NCBI GenBank assembly: GCA_031367385.1
Contig: JANLPS010000084.1
Location: 1-26,973, forward strand
Direction of reading: 5' to 3'
Source of the DNA: Archangium sp.
Lineage (GTDB): Bacteria > Myxococcota > Myxococcia > Myxococcales > Myxococcaceae
Length of the DNA: 26,973 nucleotides
The position numbers and the translations under genes were made by a program. Shown here in pieces: positions 15,487 through 24,602 of the stretch (the first letter of the stretch is position 1; the number at the start of each line of letters is the position of its first letter). The notes under the pieces were generated by a model. The model worked only from the letters and a program-made list of their open reading frames with translations. It had not been told where the DNA came from and did not search any database.

Positions 15487-16476
15487 ATGCTCCTCTCGCT
15501 GGTGCTCACCGTCACGCTTTCGCAAGCAGCGCCCTCGCTTGGGCAGGGCCGCACGTTGATCAAGCAGATGTACGAGCTGAAGGGCTCGAAGCTGTGGGCC
15601 GCGGGTGGGCAGGGTCTGAAGCAGCAGCTCGGCTCAGAGGCGAACCTCAAGGGCTTCATCACCAAGCTGCAGCGCGACTTCGGCACTGAAGTGCGGGTCA
15701 TCTCCGAAGGCCTCTCGTCGCAAGACGGCGAGCTCACCACCTACCGCCGGGTCGCCGCGTTCTCGAACTGGGCGCGCGGCGTCGAGATCGAGCTCACCTT
15801 GGGAGACGATGGCCAGCTGATGGGCGTCTCGGCTCGCCCCGCCTCGAAAGAGGCGCCGACGACCTACGGCACGCACAAGATTCGCACCCACCTGCGGTTG
15901 CCGTTCGAAGGGCAGTACTACGTGCTGTGGGGCGGGCGCTCGTGGCAGAACAACCGTCACAGCGCGGTGCCTGATCAGCGGTACGCGCTCGACCTGCTGC
16001 AACTGAGCCGGTCAGGCAAGACCTTCGAAGGCAATGGCAGCCGCAATGACCAGTTCATCGCGTGGGGCAAGCCAGTGCTCGCGGCAGGTGAAGGCGTGGT
16101 GGCGGTCGCTGAAGACGTGGTGCTCGACAATGAGCCGGGCAAACCCCGCGGCATTGGTCTGCTTTACGGCAACCACGTGGTCATCGACCACGGCAACGGT
16201 GAGTTCTCGCTGGTCGCGCACTTGATGCACGGGTCGCTGCAGGTCAAACCAGGAGACCGGGTCAGCTCGGGCCAGGTGCTCGCACGCACCGGCAACAGCG
16301 GCATGTCGAGCGAGCCTCACATTCATTTTCAGCTGATGGACAAAGCCGATTGGCGCCTCGCCAACGGGTTTCCCGCTGAGTTTCAGAACTTCGTGCTCGG
16401 AGATCGGGTGATCGAGCGCGGTGAGCCTCGCCGGGCTGACCTGATCTCTCCCGTCAAGCTCGAAGCGCGCCGCTGA
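15487..16476 (+). CDS. Secreted M23-family metallopeptidase with N-terminal accessory domain
   Basis: Signal MLLSLVLTVTLSQA; H...YALD, GNHVVIDH, AHL, GNSGMSSEPHIHF (HxH). Confidence 0.85.
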   Translation: MLLSLVLTVTLSQAAPSLGQGRTLIKQMYELKGSKLWAAGGQGLKQQLGSEANLKGFITKLQRDFGTEVRVISEGLSSQDGELTTYRRVAAFSNWARGVEIELTLGDDGQLMGVSARPASKEAPTTYGTHKIRTHLRLPFEGQYYVLWGGRSWQNNRHSAVPDQRYALDLLQLSRSGKTFEGNGSRNDQFIAWGKPVLAAGEGVVAVAEDVVLDNEPGKPRGIGLLYGNHVVIDHGNGEFSLVAHLMHGSLQVKPGDRVSSGQVLARTGNSGMSSEPHIHFQLMDKADWRLANGFPAEFQNFVLGDRVIERGEPRRADLISPVKLEARR

Positions 16477-16479
16477 GCG

Positions 16480-17520
16480 CTACCGCGGAGGCGTGTCTCC
16501 GAAGGGAATCACGCTCACCCGATCACCGGTCTTGAGCTTGAGCTGTTGCTTGGCGGCTTTGGGCAAGTAGGCGATTTGATCGTCGAAGCGCACCTGGGCC
16601 CGCGTCGCGCGAAAGCGATTCGGCCCGGTCTCACGCGACACCGCCACCAGACAGTCTTCGGCCTCGACCCCGAGATCTTCTTTGCCCAGCTTCGCCGTTC
16701 GAAATTTTCGAACCAGCGTGACCTCTGAGAGATCAGCCTCGTAATGCGGCCCGCCGTCGAAGGGGTCGATGTGGTTGTCGTAGCTGAAGCCGATGCGCTC
16801 GAGCATGCGCTGCACGCCTCGGGTCTCGGGCCCGACATCGCCGATGATCTTCTGCGCCCGTTCGGGAAACAGGGACACGTAGATGTCAGACGAGGGGAAG
16901 AGCTCTTTGATGAATTCTTTGTTCTGCCGCGAGAGCTTGTCGGCTTCGTAATATTCGAGGCCGGTGAACTTCTTGCCGCATGACTCCCAGAGCAGACTTC
17001 TGCCGTCGGTCATCAGCGGCGGTAACAGCTCGGCCAGCACCCGCTCGCGAAAGGCCTTGCGGTGCATCGCCATGAACAAGAAGCGCACGTAGCTCAATTG
17101 CTTGCCAGGCTTCTCGGGCCCGCTGCGGTGCGGCGGGTCGACCACCAGCCCGCCGATCTCCGTCGGGCCGTCGTAGTTGTACCCAATCGACAACACCGTG
17201 TGCTTGAAGTGCTTGTCGATGCTGACCGAGTAGTGCTCGGCGACGGTGACCTGAAAGTAGATGTGCGGGGCCTCGCGCGTACCGTGCTGCGCGATGATCA
17301 TCGAGGTGCCGACCAGGGCTTCGGTGCGCTGATCTTCGAGCACGAAGAGGTACTCGCGCTCGAACGGGTCTTCGATTTTGCCGGTGAAGCTCTTGACCGA
17401 TTTGTCGATCAGCGCCGCCAACACCTCTTCATTGTTCGGCAAATTGACGCTGTTCAGCACGGCGGCCAGCCGTTTGAGGCCGGGGAGGTCACTCTTTGCG
17501 GCGTCTCGCAGGAGGTACAT
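16480..17520 (-). CDS. astA: Arginine N-succinyltransferase
   Basis: NSVNLP, YLFVLED, GPTEIGGL, GKQLSYVRFLFM, VLAEL, ADKLS...KEFIKELFP, IDPFDGGP. Start taken at ATG 17520 (MYLLRDA). Confidence 0.88.
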   Translation of the reverse strand: MYLLRDAAKSDLPGLKRLAAVLNSVNLPNNEEVLAALIDKSVKSFTGKIEDPFEREYLFVLEDQRTEALVGTSMIIAQHGTREAPHIYFQVTVAEHYSVSIDKHFKHTVLSIGYNYDGPTEIGGLVVDPPHRSGPEKPGKQLSYVRFLFMAMHRKAFRERVLAELLPPLMTDGRSLLWESCGKKFTGLEYYEADKLSRQNKEFIKELFPSSDIYVSLFPERAQKIIGDVGPETRGVQRMLERIGFSYDNHIDPFDGGPHYEADLSEVTLVRKFRTAKLGKEDLGVEAEDCLVAVSRETGPNRFRATRAQVRFDDQIAYLPKAAKQQLKLKTGDRVSVIPFGDTPPR

Positions 17521-17608
17521 GACGAGAAGGGCCTTAGCCCGGTTGCGCTCAGACCCGGTCATGAAAACGCTGGGCGATGACGCGCGTTGTCACTGTACAA
17601 TTCGAAGA

Positions 17609-18754
17609 ATGACCAGTCGCGCGTCGCAATGGTTGGCAGGGCAGCTCCCATCGATTGACGAGGCGCTGCGAGGCCTGGTCGAGCTCAACTCGTTCAGTGG
17701 CAACCCCGCTGGTGGCCGCGCGGTGGGCGCGTTGTTGCTCGAGCAGTTCGCCATCGATGGCCTGAGGGCCGAGGTCGTGCCGAGCAGCCTGCACGCAGAT
17801 CACCTGGTCTTTCGCTCCGAGGGGCGGGCGGGGTCGGCACCGATTTCCTTGCTCGGCCACCTCGACACCGTGTTTCCTCCCGGGCTCTTCGAGGGCTACC
17901 GCGTCGATGGCCAGTGGCGCCGCGGGCCCGGGGTGTTCGACATGAAGGGGGGGCTGGTGGTGATGGCCTTCGCGCTCAAGGCCATCGCCGCGACCGAAGG
18001 GCTCTCGCGCATCCCTCCGGTTCGGGTGGTGATCGTCTCTGACGAAGAGATTGGCTCACCCGAGGGCGGCGGGGTGATTCGAAAGGCCGTCGCGGGCAGC
18101 CAAGCGTGCCTGGTCTTCGAGCCCGGCCGGGCCAACGACGCCATCGTCACCCAGCGCAAGGGCACCGGGTCGGTGCGGGTCATCGCCGAGGGCAAGGCCG
18201 CGCACTCTGGCAACGCCTACTGGGAGGGCGCCAACGCCATCTGGTCATTGGCCAGGTTCGTCGAGGCAGCGCAGGCGCTCTCATCGCGCGAGCGGGGAGT
18301 CACGGTGATCGTCGTCACCATCTCGGGAGGCACCTCGATGAACACCGTGCCCGCCCAGGCCGTGGCTGGAGTCGACCTCCGCTACCTGACGCCAGATGAT
18401 GGGGCGCGGTTGGTCAGCGATCTCCAGCGCCTGGCGGCGAGCACCGCAATGCCCGGCACGACGCTCACCGTCGAAGCGGGCCCGCAGCGGCCCCCGATGG
18501 GGCGGGTGACCGGCACGCAAGCGTTGGTCGAGGCCTATTCACACGCCGCCGCCACGTTCGGGCTGGGGGCGGGCGAAGCAGACATGCAGGGCGGCGGGAG
18601 CGACGGCAACACCACTGCCGCGATGGGCATCCCCACCATCGACGCCTTGGGGCCCCGGGGCAGCGGGCTCCACACCATCGACGAGGTCATCGACGCGAGC
18701 ACCCTCATCCCCCGGGCGTCGGCGCTGGTCGAGCTGCTGCTCGGGGCTTCATAG
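17609..18754 (+). CDS. M20-family metallopeptidase (carboxypeptidase G2/ArgE-like)
   Basis: LGHLDTVF, GPGVFDMKGG, SDEEIGS, FEPG, GKAAHSG, GGGSDGN, GLHT. Confidence 0.9.
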   Translation: MTSRASQWLAGQLPSIDEALRGLVELNSFSGNPAGGRAVGALLLEQFAIDGLRAEVVPSSLHADHLVFRSEGRAGSAPISLLGHLDTVFPPGLFEGYRVDGQWRRGPGVFDMKGGLVVMAFALKAIAATEGLSRIPPVRVVIVSDEEIGSPEGGGVIRKAVAGSQACLVFEPGRANDAIVTQRKGTGSVRVIAEGKAAHSGNAYWEGANAIWSLARFVEAAQALSSRERGVTVIVVTISGGTSMNTVPAQAVAGVDLRYLTPDDGARLVSDLQRLAASTAMPGTTLTVEAGPQRPPMGRVTGTQALVEAYSHAAATFGLGAGEADMQGGGSDGNTTAAMGIPTIDALGPRGSGLHTIDEVIDASTLIPRASALVELLLGAS

Positions 18755-18772
18755 TCTTGACTATGATAGTCA
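18750..18772. promoter_or_regulatory. AT-rich overlapping palindromes, probable operator
   Basis: TGACTAT-G-ATAGTCA (18758-18772) overlaps CATAGTC-TT-GACTATG (18750-18765). Confidence 0.55.
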
Positions 18773-18854
18773 TGAATACATTAACCATCGCGACCATCTG
18801 ACCGGGTATTTTCGCCCGCTATGCGGCGTCTGCCAGGCTGGTAAGAGGCTCGAC

Positions 18855-20807
18855 ATGTGTGGCGTCGCGGGTTTCTGGAACATCAAGGCGCTCAGCGAGC
18901 TCGACGCCCAGGGCCTGCTCGAGCGCATGAACACCGCGGTGCGCCATCGAGGGCCCGACGGCGCCGGCGCCTGGTTCGAGCCCGAGGCTCAGGTGGGTTT
19001 TGCCCACCGGCGCCTGGCCATACTCGACCTCTCGCCGACCGGTTTTCAGCCGATGCGCTCGGCCAGCGGCCGCTTCGTCATCACCTTCAACGGCGAGGTG
19101 TACAACTTTCGCGAAGTGCAGGCCGAGCTCGAGCGCGCCGGGCTCGCCCCGAAGTGGAAAGGCTCTTCAGACACCGAGGTGATGCTGGCGGCGATCGAAG
19201 CCTGGGGGCTCGAACCGGCACTGACCCGCTTCGTCGGCATGTTCGCCTTCGCCCTGTGGGACAAGACCGAGCAGCAGCTCCACCTGGTGCGCGACCGGTT
19301 GGGGGTCAAGCCGCTCTACTACGCGCAGACTCCCCAGGGCCTGTGCTTCGGCTCAGAGCTCAAGAGCCTCAGGCATTACCCAGGTCTCGAGACCCGCATC
19401 GACCCGACCGCGGTCGCCGGTTTCATGCGCGCCAATTGCGTGCCCGGCCACCGAACGATTTTTCAGGGTAGTCACAAGGTCGCGCCTGGCACGGTGGTGA
19501 CCCTGCGCAGGGCAGATGCGCCGCCGCACATCTCCCGCTGGTGGAACCCGGCGGAGGTCGCGCGTGAAGGTCTCGACCGGCCGTTCACCGGCGACGAGCA
19601 CGAAGCCACCGACGAGCTCGAGCGGCTGCTCCGTGAGGCGGTGCGCCTGCGCATGGTGAGCGATGTGCCACTGGGCGCGTTTCTTTCGGGTGGCATCGAC
19701 TCATCGACGGTCGTGGCGCTGATGCAGACCCTCAACGACCGCCCGGTTCACACCTTCTCGATCGGCAACGAGGCCGCCGCGTATGACGAAGGCGGAGCCG
19801 CCAAGGCCGTCGGCCGTCACCTCAACACCCACCACACCCCGCTCACCGTCACCTCGAAAGATGCGCTCGACGTCATCCCCTCGTTGCCGGCGATGTATGA
19901 CGAGCCCTTCGCCGACTCGTCGCAAATACCGACCTACCTGGTCTCGAAGCTCGCTCGGCGAGACGTGACGGTGGCGCTCTCGGGTGATGGCGGCGACGAG
20001 CTGTTCGGCGGCTATACCCGGCACGTCTGGAGCCCGATGCTCTGGCGCGGCATGCAGTATCTGCCCGAGCGTTCACGTCAGGTCGCGGCCGGCGCGGTGA
20101 GCAGTGTGACTCCCGCCCAATGGGAGCGCGTCTTCGAGACGGGTCGCTCGTTCTTGCCGAAGCTGCGGCTGCCCGCGCAGCGCATGCAGAAGTTGGCCTC
20201 GGTGCTCGCCGCGGCCAGCCCTGCGAGCATGTACGACGTGCTCTCATCACACTGGCTGCCAGGAGATCGCTTGCTCGAAGAGAGCGTCAGCATGCCGGTC
20301 GACACCGCGACGCCGGCCTGGCCGATGCCCCCCGGCCGAAGCGACCTGGTCGCGCAGTACATGATGTACCGCGATTTGACCGGCTACTTGCCCGACGACA
20401 TCTTGACCAAGGTCGATCGCGCGTCGATGTCGGTCAGCCTCGAGGTGCGCGAACCGCTGCTCGATCACCGCCTGGTCGCCTTCGCCTGGAGCCTCCCCCA
20501 ACGCCTCAAAGTGCGCGGCTCGACGGGCAAGTGGTTGCTGCGCCAGGTGCTCCACCGGCACGTGCCGAAGGAGCTCGTCTCGGGCCCGAAGATGGGCTTC
20601 GCGGTGCCGCTCGGCACCTGGCTGCAAGGGCCCCTGCGTGAGTGGGCCGACGGCCTGCTGGGTGAAAAGCGACTGCGTGAAGACGGCATCTTCAATGTCT
20701 CGTTGGTGCGTGAGCGGTGGCGTCAACACCTCGCCGGCACCCGCCAGTGGGAGCACCACCTGTGGGACGTGCTGATGTTCAACGCGTGGCGCGATGAAGT
20801 TCATTGA
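18855..20807 (+). CDS. asnB: Asparagine synthase (glutamine-hydrolysing)-family amidotransferase, polysaccharide-locus type
   Basis: MCG N-terminal nucleophile, HRGPD, HRRLAILDL, FNGEVYNF, SDTEV, RDRLGVKPLYY, LSGGIDSS, DEPFADSS, LSGDGGDELFGGY, KVDRASM. Confidence 0.93.
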   Translation: MCGVAGFWNIKALSELDAQGLLERMNTAVRHRGPDGAGAWFEPEAQVGFAHRRLAILDLSPTGFQPMRSASGRFVITFNGEVYNFREVQAELERAGLAPKWKGSSDTEVMLAAIEAWGLEPALTRFVGMFAFALWDKTEQQLHLVRDRLGVKPLYYAQTPQGLCFGSELKSLRHYPGLETRIDPTAVAGFMRANCVPGHRTIFQGSHKVAPGTVVTLRRADAPPHISRWWNPAEVAREGLDRPFTGDEHEATDELERLLREAVRLRMVSDVPLGAFLSGGIDSSTVVALMQTLNDRPVHTFSIGNEAAAYDEGGAAKAVGRHLNTHHTPLTVTSKDALDVIPSLPAMYDEPFADSSQIPTYLVSKLARRDVTVALSGDGGDELFGGYTRHVWSPMLWRGMQYLPERSRQVAAGAVSSVTPAQWERVFETGRSFLPKLRLPAQRMQKLASVLAAASPASMYDVLSSHWLPGDRLLEESVSMPVDTATPAWPMPPGRSDLVAQYMMYRDLTGYLPDDILTKVDRASMSVSLEVREPLLDHRLVAFAWSLPQRLKVRGSTGKWLLRQVLHRHVPKELVSGPKMGFAVPLGTWLQGPLREWADGLLGEKRLREDGIFNVSLVRERWRQHLAGTRQWEHHLWDVLMFNAWRDEVH

Positions 20808-20842
20808 CAGAATCGACCGCGCCGGGTTCTGAGGTCTGTGCT

Positions 20843-21889
20843 GTGCGTGTTCTGTTTTTCACCGACGGCGTGCTGAGCCCGGGCAGCCGGTTTCGCTGCC
20901 TGCAATTCTTCAAAGAGCTCGAGTCGCGCGGCATTCAGTGTACGGCGCGCTTCGCGTACGACGAGCGCTACAACGACATCTTTTCTCGAAGCTGGGCGCC
21001 CGCGTACAAGCTGGGCCGGCGCCTCAAGCGGGTCGGCCACCTTTGGGTCGAGCGCGAGACCGACCTGCTCTTCATTCACAAGACCTCGATGGCGCTCACC
21101 GCCTTGCCAGAGGTGGTGCGCGGCTTCGGTAAAACGCCCATCGTCTTCGACTACGACGACTCGATTTGGCTTGGCCCCGGAGGCGTCGCGAGCACGATGC
21201 GACGCCGCACCTTCGAGGCGATGGTGCGCACCGCTGATCAAATCATCGCGGGCAACCAGTACCTGGCCGACGCCGCCGACGCGCCCGAGAAGACGATGCT
21301 CATCCCCTCCGTGGTCGACACGGTGCTCTCGAAGCCCGGCGCGCCACGCGTCTCGGCCGAGCCCGTCATCGGGTGGATCGGGACTGCCTCGAATTTTCCA
21401 TACCTGCGCGCGGTGATGCCGCAGGTGCTCGCCGCCATCGAGCAGCTGCCGCGGGCGCGGCTGCGAATCGTCAGCAACGGCACGCTGCCAGAATATGAGC
21501 ATCACCCGCGCGTCGAGCAGTGGCGCTGGAGCGCGGCCGGAGAGCTGCGAGCGCTGCAGAGCTTCGACGTCGGGTTGATGCCGCTCGACGACTCCGCGCA
21601 GACCCGGGGCAAATGCGGGTTCAAGATGATTCAGTACATGTCGGTGGGAGTGCCAGTCGTCGCCAGCGCGGTCGGCGCGAATATCGACATCTTCACCGGG
21701 TCGAACGCGGGGTACCTGCTCGGCGCCAACGACAGCTGGGAGCACGCGGTGCGAGCCCTGATGACGACCTCCGCGGCGGAGCGCCAGGCGATGGGCGAAC
21801 GGGGGCGGAGCAGGGTGGTGGCGAGCTACTCCGTCGCGAGCGTGATCGACCGGTACGTGAAGCTGTTTCGCGAGCTCGCCGATGCGTAG
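20843..21889 (+). CDS. Glycosyltransferase family 4 (GT-B)
   Basis: SRFR, VFDYDDSIW, IGWIG, GKCGFKMIQYMSVGVPVVASAVG. GTG 20843 follows GAGG; alternative TTG 20804 overlaps the asnB stop. Confidence 0.88.
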   Translation: MRVLFFTDGVLSPGSRFRCLQFFKELESRGIQCTARFAYDERYNDIFSRSWAPAYKLGRRLKRVGHLWVERETDLLFIHKTSMALTALPEVVRGFGKTPIVFDYDDSIWLGPGGVASTMRRRTFEAMVRTADQIIAGNQYLADAADAPEKTMLIPSVVDTVLSKPGAPRVSAEPVIGWIGTASNFPYLRAVMPQVLAAIEQLPRARLRIVSNGTLPEYEHHPRVEQWRWSAAGELRALQSFDVGLMPLDDSAQTRGKCGFKMIQYMSVGVPVVASAVGANIDIFTGSNAGYLLGANDSWEHAVRALMTTSAAERQAMGERGRSRVVASYSVASVIDRYVKLFRELADA

Positions 21890-21960
21890 CCCGACGCCCG
21901 CCCGAGCCAAGCGCGGCTGGTTCGATTCACCTTTTGGCCTGAACGTGCTGAGTGTGACCC

Positions 21961-22455
21961 ATGGCTGACGACACCTGTCTTCAGATGGTGAACGCGAAGG
22001 CAATCGCCGCTCTCAAGAAGCAGCCGACTCTCATCGGCGAGCTCAACAGGCCGCGCAGCCAGGTCTATTCGACGTACTTCCCGGGCTCGATGAACGTGTT
22101 CATGGTCGGGTCTCCGTACCCGCGGCCGACGATTGCCAGGCCCCTCACCGCCGCGCTCTTCGGCCTCCATTTCGTCAAATCTGAATCATTCGAAGCCGGT
22201 CACTTCGGCATCGTGCCGGCGCGAAACGTGCGCGCGGTCTTGGCGAGCCTCGAGAAGCTCGACCTGAAGAAAGTCGCCGCCGCCGTTGCCAGCGCAGACG
22301 CCGCGAAGCTCGCTGACCGCGAGGTGTACGACTTCGAGATTTTGCTGACCGAAGAGCACCCCGCCAAGGCGCTGGTCGCCGACATTCGCCGGCTCACGGC
22401 TTTTTACCGGCGCGCCGCTGCCCGCACACTCGGTGTCGCGATGTTCACCGCCTGA
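21961..22455 (+). CDS. YfbM/DUF1877-like hypothetical protein
   Basis: Size and C-terminal pattern 'VRAVLASLEKLD...LTAFYRRAAARTLGVAM' fit this family. Confidence 0.55.
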   Translation: MADDTCLQMVNAKAIAALKKQPTLIGELNRPRSQVYSTYFPGSMNVFMVGSPYPRPTIARPLTAALFGLHFVKSESFEAGHFGIVPARNVRAVLASLEKLDLKKVAAAVASADAAKLADREVYDFEILLTEEHPAKALVADIRRLTAFYRRAAARTLGVAMFTA

Positions 22456-22467
22456 AGCGGCGCGCAC

Positions 22468-23718
22468 CTACTCGACCGCGAGAAACCAGAAATTCGCCGA
22501 GCCATGCGGCAGGTACGCGAACCCCTTGAGCCGCGGCAGATACAGCCACTTCGTATGAACGCCATTCACCGCACTGGGAGGCGCCGCCCCACTGGTCGCC
22601 AGCTCGGTGGCCTCGAAGGTCACCGCGTCGATGCGAATCACCCGGCCCGCGCTGCTCAGCTTGAGCAGATACGCATTCTCGCTTGGCAGGTACGCGAGCC
22701 CATTCTCAGCGCCGCTCACGTCACTCACGGCGGGCCCGCTGAAGGTCACGTCGGTCAGCACCTTGGTGTCGATGGCGTAGAGCAGCCCCTGGTGCTGCGC
22801 CACCTTGTACGCGTTGACCGTGTAGAGCACCCGCTGCCGAACCGGGTCGACTGCTGACGCCGAGCCGCCGACGATGTCGTCATTCGCGTAGCTGGGCCGG
22901 TCGGCGAGCTTCGACCAGGTTGCGTCGGCCGCGCTCCACTTGCGAAACGCGGCGGTGAAGAACGTGTAGAGGTCTTCGGTGTCGGGGTGCTGGGCGAACG
23001 GTCGGTTGATGACTCCGGTGTCGGCGCCGCCGTTGGGCGTGGCGGCCCAGGTGCCTGCGGGGTCCCAGTCGTTGGCGTCGAGGCTGAACGCGTCGACCAG
23101 GTTGTTGCTCTCGTTGCCGGTGCCCCAAATCGACCCCGAGCACATTTTGAAAATTCGGTTGCGCGCCCGCACGAACTGGAGCGCGTAATACAGGTGCGTC
23201 GAGCTCGGCCGGCCGTCAGCGTAGTAGTTGTGAAAAATACCCTGCGAGCCATTCGAGGCCAGCACGTCGGGTGCCATCGTCGAGCCGCGAAGCAGCTTCC
23301 ACCGGGGCAGGTCTTGCTGCAGGTCGATTTCATAGGCCTCGTTGCCGGCCCAGTCGGCGTGGCCTCCGGCGTTCGCCAGGTACACGCGGTTGGTGTCACG
23401 GTTCGCGGCGAGCCCATTCCACGCGTCGAGGCGGGCGGTGGGGGCGACCATCTGCCCTGAAAATGGGTCGGCCACGGTCACCGTGGTCATGCTGGTGCCA
23501 GGTATCTCGCGCCACGCCCACTTCGCGATGCCCTTGCGCCACACCGGAAAATCAGCGACCGCGCCGGCGTCACTCGCGCCAGCGTCGAGGCCGGTGCCCG
23601 CGTCGAGCGAGATCCGGGGCCCTCCGTCACTCGCCGAGGTGCCCCCATCGAGCTCTGCCGGAGTCCCCAGGCAGCCGCTCACGAACATCACCACCAGTGC
23701 CGCGCTCGAGAATCGCAT
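22468..23718 (-). CDS. Lipoprotein with low-complexity DAG/DGG linker and a probable beta-propeller-like domain
   Basis: Lipobox VSG-C at Cys16; linker ELDGGTSASDGG...LDAGTGLDAGASDAG; repeated Trp-ending beta motifs. Confidence 0.7.
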   Translation of the reverse strand: MRFSSAALVVMFVSGCLGTPAELDGGTSASDGGPRISLDAGTGLDAGASDAGAVADFPVWRKGIAKWAWREIPGTSMTTVTVADPFSGQMVAPTARLDAWNGLAANRDTNRVYLANAGGHADWAGNEAYEIDLQQDLPRWKLLRGSTMAPDVLASNGSQGIFHNYYADGRPSSTHLYYALQFVRARNRIFKMCSGSIWGTGNESNNLVDAFSLDANDWDPAGTWAATPNGGADTGVINRPFAQHPDTEDLYTFFTAAFRKWSAADATWSKLADRPSYANDDIVGGSASAVDPVRQRVLYTVNAYKVAQHQGLLYAIDTKVLTDVTFSGPAVSDVSGAENGLAYLPSENAYLLKLSSAGRVIRIDAVTFEATELATSGAAPPSAVNGVHTKWLYLPRLKGFAYLPHGSANFWFLAVE

Positions 23719-23752
23719 CGCCGCACCGTAGCAAACACGGCGCGCGCCGCAG

Positions 23753-24520
23753 TCACGGCTCGGTCGCGTAGCCCAGCACCCGGTACACCACCCGGCCCAC
23801 CAGCTCGCGAATCGCGCGGGTCGACTCGGCCAGATACTCGGCCCTGGGCAGCACCGCCGGGTCTCGCTTCGGGTCGCGCATGCGGTAGTCGACCGGCAAG
23901 GTATCGACGTGCAGCCCGGCGGCCCTGAAGCACCCGGCGGCCCGCTTCATGTGAAAGGCGCTGGTGACCATCAGCACCGACGCAAACTGGTGCTCGTGCA
24001 CCAACTTGGCCGACTGCACCGCGTTCTCGTGCGTGTTCTTCGACAGCGGTTCGATGACGATGCGTTCTTCGCCGATGCCCCAGGCGAGCAGCTGGCCCTT
24101 CAGAAACGCGGCCTCGGTCGGCAAAGCGTCGTTCAAGGGCCCGCCAGAGAGAATCACCACGTTCGCCTTGCCCGCGCGGAGCAGGTCGAACACCACGGTC
24201 AGCCGCTCGACGTTGTTGCCGTAGGCCGCCTGGTCATGGGTGCTCCCGGAGGTGTCGACCACGCCGCCCAGCAGCACCACCGCGTCGTAGGTGACCTCGG
24301 CTCGGTACGTGTTGGGCGCATCGGCCTCGAGTGACACCCACAGGTGGTCAACCACCACCGGCATCGCGAAGATGATCAGCACGGTCAGCCCGAGCACGCC
24401 GCTGGCCCACGACGCTCGTGGTCGCCGCCGATGCAGTGCCAGCCCCACTGCAATCGCCAGCAGCGCCCACCACAGCGGGTCGAGCGCCAGATCGAGCAGC
24501 TTCGAGAGAAAAAAGAACAC
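23753..24520 (-). CDS. YdcF/ElyC-family (DUF218) membrane protein
   Basis: GTG start giving MFFFLSKLL; VVLLGG, ILSGG, TEA, SKNTHENA, VTSAFHMKRA, IRELVG. Confidence 0.9.
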   Translation of the reverse strand: MFFFLSKLLDLALDPLWWALLAIAVGLALHRRRPRASWASGVLGLTVLIIFAMPVVVDHLWVSLEADAPNTYRAEVTYDAVVLLGGVVDTSGSTHDQAAYGNNVERLTVVFDLLRAGKANVVILSGGPLNDALPTEAAFLKGQLLAWGIGEERIVIEPLSKNTHENAVQSAKLVHEHQFASVLMVTSAFHMKRAAGCFRAAGLHVDTLPVDYRMRDPKRDPAVLPRAEYLAESTRAIRELVGRVVYRVLGYATEP

Positions 24521-24566
24521 CGCGGCCGCCTTTACCCCACTGCCTGGGCAAACGTGCTCACGGCGT

Positions 24567-24596
24567 TTGAACTGGCCCCCAAGCAGGTGGTACTGA
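24567..24596 (+). promoter_or_regulatory. Putative sigma70-type promoter for wzc
   Basis: TTGAAC (24567-24572), 18-nt spacer, TGG-TACTGA (-10 at 24591-24596), ending 6 nt before GTG 24603. Confidence 0.4.
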
Positions 24597-24602
24597 CGCC
24601 CC

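Noticed and set aside
23560..23655. Repeated GACGC(G/T/C)GGC-like units as a DNA repeat or CRISPR
   Set aside because: They encode the DAG/DGG protein linker; irregular and too short for an array.
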